A model generated the notes under the pieces. It saw nothing but the letters and a program-made list of their open reading frames with translations. It made no database searches and was not told the DNA's origin. A stretch of DNA of 64,000 bases from Epiperipatus broadwayi (taxonomy: Eukaryota; Animalia; Onychophora), in NCBI GenBank assembly GCA_028023455.1, contig JAQFVV010000004.1:21018001-21082000 (forward strand). Direction: 5' to 3'. Every line of letters begins with the position of its first letter. Position 1 is the first letter of the stretch. Shown piece after piece: positions 53,160 through 64,000 of this stretch. The position numbers and the translations under genes are program-made.

Positions 53160-53172
53160 GGAGTAAGGGGAG
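53160..53172 (+). promoter_or_regulatory. Polypurine tract
   Basis: GGAGTAAGGGGAG, one base before the 3' LTR. Confidence 0.8.
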
Positions 53173-53173
53173 T

Positions 53174-53893
53174 TGTTATATATATATATATATGTATGTA
53201 TGTAAATAGAGCCAGTAAAGGCACACACTTAAGTAATAAATAATTGGTAGAGATAAATGGGTGGAAAATGTATATAGGGTTCAAAGTAAGTTAAGTGAAA
53301 TAAAAAGTAATTAGATCAAACTATTAATTAAATAAAGTAATTACAGATGTGTTGTTTAACAGATCGGATTATCAAAAGAATTAATAGCCAAATGAATCCA
53401 TTTCGCACACACGGGAAAAAAAAAATGTATTAATACTCCAGAAAAGAAGAGATGATAGTGGGACTTCAAACATGGGAGTATAAAAGAGCAGGGAAAATAA
53501 ATATCGACTTCTTTTCCCTGCGGCTATTCCTAAGTGCTGTTCCTTTTCGGACTGTGATCCCAGGTTCTCAGTACCTGTAGGTCAATCCGGCTGACTAGTG
53601 TAGAAGCAGACCACACCGGTCTTAATGTAATTTTTAAACGCCTTAAGCGCTTTCCCCGAGGGTTTATTTTCGTCACCCAGTCAAGGTACTGTGTTTTATT
53701 TGTATTACTGTAGACTGAGAGGGGGTTTGAATTGTAATGCAATCGGACTATGTTTTATATATATGTTAATCAATTACCCATAACTGTTGTTTTGTTGTGA
53801 TTTACTATATACCAATAAAGATCTAATGTAAATTAGTTGGTTGTTCTTATTTTAAAATTAAGTATTTAGATTTGTGATCGATCAGTTACAGCA
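53174..53893 (+). repeat. 3' LTR
   Basis: TG...CA; roughly 93% identical to the 5' LTR by manual alignment. Confidence 0.95.
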
Positions 53894-54914
53894 GATTTGA
53901 AATGGGATCTGTTATGATAAGAAATCTAACTCCAACAGCAATATTGCAGGATTAAGTATTTACAATTTTCAAATAGTAAAGTTTTGAATCAAAGAGAAGT
54001 TTATAGATCTTTCAATATCTGTAAGAAGTAAGATATGAGAGCTAAACTAATTTATTTAGTAACTAAGGAATGTTGTACTAAATTAGCAGACTTCACATTA
54101 ACTCGAGTAATGCAAAATTGTATATTGAGATCCTATTTAGAGAATATGAGACTAACAAAATTCACAAACAAAAATATAGTAAAATTTGTTGGTGTTTATA
54201 TGAAATATTTTAACATTTAAAATATTAAGAGAAATTTATGAGCCTAAAATATTACTGTGATTAAAAAAAAAAAACAGCCAAATTTTTTTGCTAGTAATAA
54301 TAATTTTCATTTTTGTTGATTCTTTCATAACATAGTGTTTGTTTGCAATGTATAAATTTCAGCTTCTGTATTCTGATATTGTATTGTACTTTCCTCATCA
54401 CTTAAATATCCTCTTGAATCTGAAGCGCCCCTGTTAAAAAATTTCGAGTTTCAACTGAGTTTGTGCTGAATTTGTAAATCATACCCTTACAGTTCTCAGA
54501 CCATTAGATCCGCCATTTTATACTTTTCAAATGAGCTTTTTTTTTTTTTCTATGATGAAAATTTGATTTTTTATCATTTTTTTTCTAAAATACAATTTTT
54601 CATTTTTTTTTTAGATTTTTTTAATGGGAAATCTTTTTTACGGCTGAATTGTTTTCTGTTACTGCTTGATATGGATATGAAAGTGGCAATGCATATTTGT
54701 AAGCCCTTTTGCTAGAAGCATATTTTCAAGCTATTTGAAAGCTGAAATGTAAAAAAAAAAAAGGATTTGGAAGCTACAATGTCAAAAAAAAAAAAAAAAA
54801 AGGATTGAAATAATTTTTTATCTGCAAGGACAACTGTGGATATCATATCTAATGCCTCAGGAAATTCACATTTGAAACAGATACTAACTAGCCAGGGAGT
54901 CAGTGAGTATTCAA

Positions 54915-55800
54915 TAACTTCTATTACTTATTTTTTTTATATAATTAAATATATATAGAAAAGAATAAATATATTATATAATTTTAGATAATCCATTTCA
55001 ATGTTATAAAAACACACACATCTAGACTCTATGCCACAGGCAAGATTCAGTTAGTTTTATTACCTATTTTTATTACTTTTTTTTTATATAATTAAATATA
55101 TATAGAAAAGAATAATATGCAATATAATTTTAGACAATACATTTCAATAATATAAAAACATATACATCCAGACTCCATCATATACCCTCAGCCATCTACT
55201 TCATACATCATCTCTCACACACACATATAATCAGTGCTCATAATAAAATTGTTTATTTTGATGTTTCTTGATTTTATTTAGTTTTTATTCATTTTATCTT
55301 AGAGAAATTTTTGTTTTATATTTATTTTTTGAGTACACTTTATTTACTTGAAAAGAATACATATTTTAGGTCCCCCTTCCCCAATAATATAATAATTATA
55401 TTTTTAGATATATTACAAATTACTAAAATTCTCTTTGCATAATATCATAAGCTATTCTTACTGTTTGATGTTTATTTGAGTACACATTACTTAAAAAGAA
55501 TACACATTTTAGATCATACCCCATTTTTCACTAATATAATATAATAATTAATATATAATAATATTTTATAATATAATAATGTAATACATTACAATTTACT
55601 AAAGTTCTCTTTGCATAATATCTCATAAGCAGTTCTTACTGTTTGATGTTTATTTGAGTATACTTTATTTGAAAAGAATACACATTTTAGACACCCCATT
55701 TTTCACTAATATTATATATTATTAATATATAATAATACAATACACTACAATTTACTAAAGTTCTCTTTACATAATATCATGTAAACTATTACTGTTATTT
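54915..55800 (+). repeat. Local duplications: two ~125-bp copies and three ~150-185-bp tandem units
   Basis: tttttttatataattaaatatatatagaaaagaat... occurs at ~54925 and ~55075. tttgagta.ac...aaaagaataca.attttag...ttactaaa.ttctcttt occurs three times in 55325-55800. Confidence 0.85.
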
Positions 55801-56909
55801 TTTCCCACTAAAAACCAAACATATTTCTAACAGATAAGGACAACCAAACATTTCTAGCAGATACCCTGATATGGAAGAACAAGATCTGGGTCAACTAGTA
55901 AAAATGAAAGTTACCAATCGCATATCTTTTGTAATTTTTCACTGAAAAATTACTTTAAGTAAGACATATTATATATCATTTTTTTCAGCATTTTATGATA
56001 AATATGATGAAGCTGTCTGTGAAATTGTAATTTTAACATAAGTTTCAAAATTTAGAATTTGTGAACCAATGTAAAAATAAACATATTTAAAAGTGTTAAA
56101 TATCTCGTTTTTAATTTTTCTTTTTTTTTAGATAATGACATTTTATCAGCTTTATTATATTCTTTCATGTTTGCTCTTTCTAACAATGTATATATATTTA
56201 TTGTAATAAAATAGAAAATATATAAAAAATTATATTTCTTGTAATTTTTTTTTTAGATTAAAGATGGTGTCATAGGATTTAATGTCTGCTACAGAATTGA
56301 GATTTTTTTACTCTTTTGTCAAAATTTCTGCTTCTCATTTTGCATTAGCACTGATGCAAAGTGGAAGTTGTAAGTTAATTTTTGCTTTTATTGGATTATT
56401 TCTGTCCTCTAGTCCTGTCAATATATTTTTTTTTTTAGCTGGATATTATTAGTTATTGTCTGACATTTTTCTATTATGGTTAATAAATTTCTAAATTTGA
56501 AGTTTTTTTAATCATAATTTCACTTTAATATCATCATCAAAGTATTTTTTTTATTCTTTTTTCACTTTTTTAAAAAAAAAAGTTTTCATATCATTGTATT
56601 ATTATATACTAGCCTTTTAATCATTTGTTGTTTTATTTTCTTTTGATCAAAACAGCATTGGATTTGTAGGCTATTAAAAAATATTTGATTTTATAAATTT
56701 TGGAACATCATAACAGATCAAAGGATATTATCAAATTCTAAAGAATATTGGTAATAGTTGATTAGACACACACTGCGTGATGGCATTGTTGCTACGCAAA
56801 AACTATAAAATATGAACATTCCCAGGCCGTATTTTTGGGGGATTTTCTTTCTTTTTTCTTATATATAAAAAAACCCACAAAATTTGTACTTTTTAATTAT
56901 TTTTTTTTT

Positions 56910-57270
56910 ATTAACCTCAATAAATTTAGAACAAAAAAAATTAAACGCAGAATTTGTAGTTTTTAAAGGTGTTTTTTTATTAACATCAACAAATGTACAA
57001 CTTATTATGGTTTTTTTTTTTTGGGGAGGGGGTGTCTTTTTTTTTTTAAAATGTAAAACTTAGTATGCTTTTCTTATTATCATCAACAAATTTTCTACTT
57101 ATTACGGTTGCATTTTTGTTTTCCTATTTTTGTTTAAAAAATAAATCCTAAAGTTAGTACGCTTTTTTTTTTTTAAATAACAAACAAATTTAAAACTTAT
57201 TACGCTTTTTTTTCTGGTTGCATTTTATTTTTCTTAAAACAACATCAACAAATTTAAAACTTATTATGCT
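56910..57270 (+). repeat. Degenerate array of a CATCAACAAATTTAAAACTTATTAYG motif
   Basis: About 5 variants separated by T-runs; a further copy at ~58465. Confidence 0.65.
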
Positions 57271-60249
57271 TTTATTTGGTTCTGCTTGAAACGATATTAT
57301 TTAGCCATCATCCCGTTTTTCCTACTATGTTCCATAGTACTTAGTATCTTTTCCACCAGTTCGAACTCTCACAGTCCACATATATAATCAAAATAATTTA
57401 ATTTGATGTGTAATAGCATATATTTACGTGTATGTGTGCACATTTAATATATTAATGTCTATGCATATAATGTATATGCAGTTATAAATTTAAAATTAAT
57501 AAAATAATATAATTTAAGTTGTGTGAACATTATTATATGTGTGTAACCACTTACATTATATGTGAGAGAAACTATAATGCAATAGATTTAAAGAAGCATT
57601 ACAACTCTTTTAAATTAATATAAATTTGAAATATTATCAGTTAAAAACTCTTTATTTAAATGCATTGGTATATAAATTTCAATTCCTGGGATAGTCGCAT
57701 ACACATATATAATAAAATGCCTACAAACTTAAACTCTTTTTAAAAAAAGTTATCTGTTTTTATAAAAAAGTGGTACATTTTTGGAAAACCATCTGTAAGC
57801 AATTAATGAAACTTGAGATTAAAATTTTAAATGTATTTTAAAATTAAAAACTTGCCTATTTCTTAAATTAAATTCTAAAACTAAACGCTTGTTAAATAAT
57901 AACTTATTCAGTTATTATTCTATTACTTGCTAATATTTGTTTTATATATGATTACTTTATAATTTATGCTATGCCCAGTTCAGAACGGAGATTGATTCTA
58001 TGAATAAAATTTGAGGGAGAGGTGAATTAATAAGATTTCAGCATTGATCTGAATATGTAGTCTGGTTTTGTATGTACATAATCTGAAAAGAGAGAGCCTA
58101 TTGCAGCTCATTAAGTATCGAATGATCTTTATTAAATGTTACGGTGAGAAATCATCATTCTTGCACAGACTTAACCATTATTGCAAACATAATAGGGAAG
58201 GCATAGTAAAATAAGGCACGAATAGACCGGAAATTATTAAATTTGTAATAAACTCTTTAAATTATAGTGCATCAGATGAGATTGTTCTCAAACTTGGTCA
58301 TCATTGTTACCCACCTGCGTGTGTCGTTCAATGCACTTCTGTTTATTTAATCTATATTTAAGAATTAAAATATATTAAATTATAATCAATGTGTTGCGTA
58401 TCATTCATAGTCCATTCCAAATCTTAGTTAAATTCTTTAATACTAGCATTAATTATTAGCGTATGCATCAACAAATTTAACACTTATTATGGTTTCTTTT
58501 TTTTTGGTATAAAGATAAATAAATTAAAAAACCAGCTGTTCACAGCTGTAGTAATATATCAGACATATAGCTTAAACAAACTGGTCATTAATTGTGAGAA
58601 TTGAATGTCTAGGTTTTCCTGCGACATGTTCTTTGTCTCGTTGACATTATCAAGAATACGTTATTTGACGTGTTACCTATTTCAAAGTTTTGTTCAGACA
58701 TACGCTTTGACAAATTTTGCACTTTAAAACTTGACTGCAGAAGTGTGTAAATGCTCAATAATTATTGCTTGGTCAAATCGTGTGATTTCAATATAAAAAA
58801 TATTAAACTTTATTTACAATTAACGATTTATACATAAATGTAAGACACACACCCTCACACGACACTAAAATGTGAAGTGTGCAAATTCGCATAATTTACT
58901 GCGATGCGACAACGCAGCCTGCAATGTGTAATACAACAGAACTGTTGTATACATGTAACACATGGCTGTGAAAATACATTCGGCTGCGTAAATGGCTTTT
59001 TTGTGTTTTGCACATAAATTGCGCTACCATGTGGCGTGTATGTCTAAAATACAAATACAAGAATATTTATCAAATGCAACAACTAGTTTATCAGGAGTGT
59101 TGAACTAGTCAATCACATTTTGTTTTAGATCTTTCATTTTCCCTCATTCACACTTTAAAAAAAATATTCTTCATAAAATGATATGCTTTGGTTCTCTGTA
59201 TTTAGCAAAATGATTATTTTCATTTACAAATGTAACCTGTGAGCAATATTAATTAATATTTTTTTTAAAAAAGTAAGTCTGCACAATATTAAAAAATCTC
59301 ATTAATAATTTAATTTTATAATTTGTTTTCTGTCAACCGTATAATATAATTATCAAAACCATTACACTTGATGAGATGAGACTAACTTATTTAGATATAA
59401 GAGATGAGATGAACAGTCATAACATAATTCAAATGTTATATGAAGACAATCAGTGATAAATACATCTTAATCATGGTTCCAATTGGAAATTCATTCATCT
59501 ATAAAAGTGTTAGAAAATATGTTATTGGACCAATTATTTATTCATAGAGGCATCAAATTTCTGTATGATGCATTCCCAACTACAATACTTCTCAATAAGA
59601 GTCATAGATGGTTCTTTGAAGTAACTTGTAAATTATGTGGATCAGATAAAAAACTTTTCTACATATTATTATTGTCCCTTTTTCAATAACTTAAGATCAA
59701 TTTTAATCATCTCCAATAATTTATTAAGCAAAATTTTAAGTTTTTGGTGACAAAAGATAGTAAGCACTTATATGATTACTAAAATGTAAGATAATTTTCA
59801 AAAACAAACATTATTATTCTGTTCATCAGTTCTATTAATACTTTGGAAGCAGTATTAAAAAGATTTAAAATACTAAAAAATTAAGATTTATAATGTGGCC
59901 ACAGGGATTATTTAAAAGTGAAATGATTCACATTCGCAATAACATCAATGAAGACCTGTTTTCTATGTAGTAATATTCTTAAATACATATGCTGAGAGTC
60001 ATATAAGAAGGATTAGCAAATACATCAATGTCTAATATATTAAGTTTTGATTTTAAATATGAAATAATTTTTTTTTACTTAATATGTATAAATTATTATA
60101 TAATAAAATAAACTAATTTTTAAAATAAAATTTATTTTCTATTTCGATATGTTTAATAAATCGCAAAATCAAATTTTAACAGTATTTTTTCTCCAGTGTA
60201 TTAATAAATTGTGAAGTTGCTTTGCTAAAAAAAATTACTTGCTTATAGC

Positions 60250-60940
60250 CTTGGGATGCATGACAATATTAAAATTAACATTGCTAAGGGAATATATCAA
60301 TTTTTTACAGCAGTTTTAAGATGTATTTATGAATAAAATAAGGAGAAAAAATTGTTAAATAAATGGAGATTACTTAAGTCATCTGGACTTACAGACAATG
60401 TGATTATTTTTACTCTTTTTCTGAGCTGTAAGAAATCTTAAGAATTATTAGATGATAACAAAAAGTAGGACTAAAGTAAATATTTAAAGAACTAAAAAAA
60501 GTTCAATGGATTTTCAAAAATAAATGTTGATATAATAAAGAACTGGAAGAATTATAAATAGGTTGGAAAAATTATTCATATAAATGAAATCACAATAGTT
60601 GAAATTAATTATAGGATTAAAAATAGACGTTTTTGAAAAAAAAAAAAGCTTAATATTAAAATGAAATATGCAAGGTATCAAAAAATTTTTTTAAAAAAAA
60701 TATACAGATATTACAAATCACATAGATAGATATAAATTACAATTAACAAAGTTAAAAATGAAATACATGAATAAGAAAACGTTTTATTAATGCCATTGTA
60801 ATTAAAAAGAATGACATAAGATTGGGCTAGTTATGTTATTATAAATAATTAACATTAGATGGACAATTGAAATTCTAAAATGGATTTCTAGAAAGAGATC
60901 ATGTGAGATGGAGTAATAAAATTTCTAAAATAATATGAAG
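60250..60940 (+). mobile_element. 5'-truncated RTE LINE fragment
   Basis: FTAVLR, INGDYLSHL, and decayed DWASYV..RWTIEILKWI; parallels the 3' half of the 17.6-20.1 kb RTE. Confidence 0.65.
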
Positions 60941-61273
60941 CTATGAATATTTTCATCCTGCAGTGAATCAATAGTAACTGAAATTGATTGTATCTATGTA
61001 TTTATTTGGATAGAGAAATGTGGATTCTTTGATTAAAAATTTGATTTTTTAACTAAAGAACTCACTTTCCTTTATTTATTCAATCACTAAACTGTATTTC
61101 TCTGTATTTGCATTTTTTTTTGCTTATAAAAATAAGCAATTTTTATTACAAATAATTTTTTTTTAATTGATTAGAGAAATCATTTTAGAACATCTTAGAA
61201 AATTGAAGAGTAGAAAGAATTGCAGAAATTTGATAATGTTTTAAGCCATTACTTCTTTTTCTCATATGTCAAA

Positions 61274-61309
61274 GCGTTGACCGGGAAGCGAACCCAGGTC
61301 AGCTGCTTG
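61274..61309 (-). pseudogene. 3' half of a tRNA-Gly(UCC)-like sequence
   Basis: The - strand CAAGCAGCTGACCTGGGTTCGCTTCCCGGTCAACGC matches the recalled metazoan tRNA-Gly(TCC) 3' half at 32/36 positions. No 5' half and no CCA. Confidence 0.7.
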
Positions 61310-62568
61310 TTCTAAAAAAATACATTTATTCAAGTAAAAAAAATGTATGACAATTGATAGACCAAGATCATTACCATGAAAACATTAAATTTCTATGTTA
61401 AAAGTTCATTAACTTTTTAAATAAATCTGTATATATTTTTTCTAAAAGTTCATTATCAGTCTAAGATAAAATTTTAAATGTAAAACTTAGAGCCTATTAT
61501 GAGCTGGTTTTGAAAAAGAAAAAATTTTAGGCGGGGGGGGGGGTCTTCATAACAATTTGATATCAAATAGTACTTGAAATTTCAATAAAAATTTTATTTA
61601 TAACTTTGTTTATATTATAGTAAACTATATAAAAAAATTAATATTCCATTAAATAATTTAGTTAGAACTAACTTTCATTGCTATTCTTTAAAAAAATTAA
61701 TTGAAAATGTAATAAAAGAGGGAACATAACATTAAAACTTATTGCTAGATGCAGTGTGGTTTCTAAGAATATACTATATGTTATATTCCTAAATGAAATT
61801 CCCATCTCTTGTTATAGAGTAGAAGCTGGAAATGACACAAAATAAGAAAACAAAATTATTATCAGGAAACAGAAGAATATTAGGTGCTCTAATGCATGTT
61901 ATTGTGATAAATTAAATATCAAAAGAAGAAATTATTTGAAAGTGCTGAAACTTGTAAAGATGAGAAATATATCTTATGCATTTTCAATCTGGATAGAAAC
62001 TTTTGCCTATATATGTAAAAATTATACCAATATTAGTTTTATATATAAATAATTATTTTTATTATCAAAAAGGAAAACACAATAATGTATTCACATTGTT
62101 CTGAAGGTATGTAGGAAAATTCAGATGTTAAAAGAAAAATGTTGAAAAAGTTAATTGTTTCAAGTTAATGATATGGATACTGGAGGTAAAATAGAAACAT
62201 AATTGAAAAATGTGCCACACATCTTTGATTGACTATCTTCATCAAATACAATTTAAAACTATGTATTGAAAATGATAAAAAGTCCAAAAACTAGTTGTAG
62301 CTAAAACTTTAATTTGGTTTGTGTATATAAATGTTAATAAAATATGTACAAAAATAGAATTTTTATTGATTATAAAAAGCATCATATTTAATATGTAAAT
62401 GACATGAAAGCAGCCCATATTTTATCAACATCGAGACTGTTCAATGTGCAGTGAAGGTGGCCTTTTATTTATAAGAAAAAGGTAGTTTCATCTTTTCAAT
62501 CTAAATTGTTAATATGATACTAAAGATTGACAATTGAACAGATTCAGATTTTTAATTCATAAAAGTTT

Positions 62569-62893
62569 AAATGTGATTTGATTTGAAAATAGATTAATAA
62601 ATAGTCATTTTTAAACATTTCTAACCTCAGTACTACTCATTATTATTAAGATAATAAAATTGGATTTTGCTCAAAGCTAGACTGATTTATAAACGTAAAT
62701 CCATAAAAACAAAGCATGGTTATCAATATCAAGGCCTTTTAATCAATAGTCAAAACAATTTTTTTATTTATAAGAAAAAGATGGTTCCACATTTCTTTCT
62801 TATCTCAGATATTAAACATCTTACTAATGAGTAGTGGTGGATTTGAAAGTTTTAAAAATGATTATTAGTCCATTTTCAAATCAGGTTACATTT
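62569..62893. repeat. Diverged inverted repeat with ~70-bp arms
   Basis: 62569-62641 is inverted at 62826-62893. Confidence 0.7.
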
Positions 62894-63010
62894 GTCAGTT
62901 AATGTAATTATAAGAGACTTTAACTCGAATTTTCAAGCTCTATATCCATCCAATATATTTTATACAACTGATACACATGACCACATACATGTGAAAAAGA
63001 TAAATGATTT

Positions 63011-63052
63011 CCAATATTCATATTTCATGCTGAACCAGTGATCGTCAGTTGG
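63011..63052 (-). ncRNA. Hammerhead-like motif
   Basis: ccaa-CTGACGA-tcaCTGgttCAGcat-GAAA-tatgaa-TA-ttgg. Core boxes and stem I intact; stems II and III imperfect. Confidence 0.5.
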
Positions 63053-64000
63053 TCCAGGTCACCATCTTCCACACATATATACAATCAATGCTCAGTTTAT
63101 ATGAAGATAGCAAATCATTAAGTTTAATATATATTTAAATATTTGTCAGTTAAATGGAGTTTATTTAAACTTCTACAAATTAAAAATATCAATCTGTTAT
63201 AATCCAAGTGTGGAATATTTAGTGTCTTTATTAACATCTTAGACCGGAGAGAAAGGTGAGACCACTTTTTTTTAATAATTAAAAGTTTTCTTGGCAGTAG
63301 ATTGAAGATTCTTGGTGTTGATAATTGTGGGCTACTCTTTTTTTTGAATTTACATTTGAACAAAATCGGTTTTATTATTTTAATATTGTACATTGCCTCT
63401 TCCATGTTTTTAAGTAATGTACATTAAAAAAGTTATTATATAAAATAAGATTCTGACTACTATTGATTAGTGTTTAATAATATTTAAGGGCTTTACACAG
63501 CTGTTAAAAGAAATTTGAACCTTGTAACAATTTACAATTCAAAAGTTACCAGTTATACAGTATCTAATATCTTATTTCATAATGAGCATATGGAAAGTAT
63601 TTGAATGCTTTAATTCACATGTATATATTTCTAAATTTTTACAATCTATACATTTTCTTGAATTCAGTTGTATGAATGATTTTTGGAGTACATTTAAGTC
63701 AAATAATTCATTATCACTACCATTAATATAGTTTTTCCAGAATATATTTGCTTGTTTGATGTAAAGAAGCATATACATAGACAATAAAAGTTATAGAAAT
63801 ATAAGATCATTGCCTTTTAAATAAGATATAAGTGATGAAGCATATAAGTGCATGGATAAAAATATTGATATATATGTACTTTATTAAATTTAATGGCTAT
63901 ACAAAGAATTGTATGAAATGTAATACTTTCTAATGTAATAAAAAATATTAATAATCTTTTAGGTATTTATTGAAAAGTAATTGGGAATAGCTAAATGGTA

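Larger units (their letters stand above)
48593..53893 (+). mobile_element. Full-length defective Ty3/gypsy LTR retrotransposon (Mag-like)
   Basis: Two ~715-bp LTRs and a 5-bp TSD GATTT (48588-48592 / 53894-53898). PBS, PPT, gag with paired CCHC knuckles, and domain order PR-RT-RH-IN. Confidence 0.97.

Noticed and set aside
57950-59050. Transposon-like blocks (CTATGCC/GGCATAG ends; TTLKCEVCK)
   Set aside because: The inverted match is only 7 bp and the Cys motif is isolated; no family can be supported.
59785-59835. Hammerhead-like motif on the - strand
   Set aside because: There is an extra T-run before GAAA and stem I is poor; compatible with chance in AT-rich DNA.

Overview
Very AT-rich, CpG-poor eukaryotic (invertebrate-like) DNA made up mostly of transposable elements and their remnants. 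All comparisons below are by eye. The only host gene I can support is a Borealin/CDCA8-like gene on the + strand: exons 24709-24847 and 45426-45539, with about 20.6 kb of TE-rich sequence between them. TEs include a full-length but frameshifted Ty3/gypsy (Mag-like) element at 48593-53893 with both LTRs and a GATTT TSD. There is also a hAT transposon with an adjacent hAT MITE, a Merlin-like non-autonomous element, RTE and CR1/L2-type LINE relics, and several TG..CA elements inserted in (AT)n. The most striking content is a set of Penelope-like (PLE) insertions. Three are head-to-head fold-back mini-elements with 11-14 bp TSDs carrying minimal hammerhead ribozymes (HHR) or HHR-like motifs. One perfect hairpin is centred on an HHR stem II, and several decayed HHRs are scattered through the window. 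There is no CRISPR array, rRNA or intact tRNA; a tRNA-Gly 3' half lies at 61274-61309.
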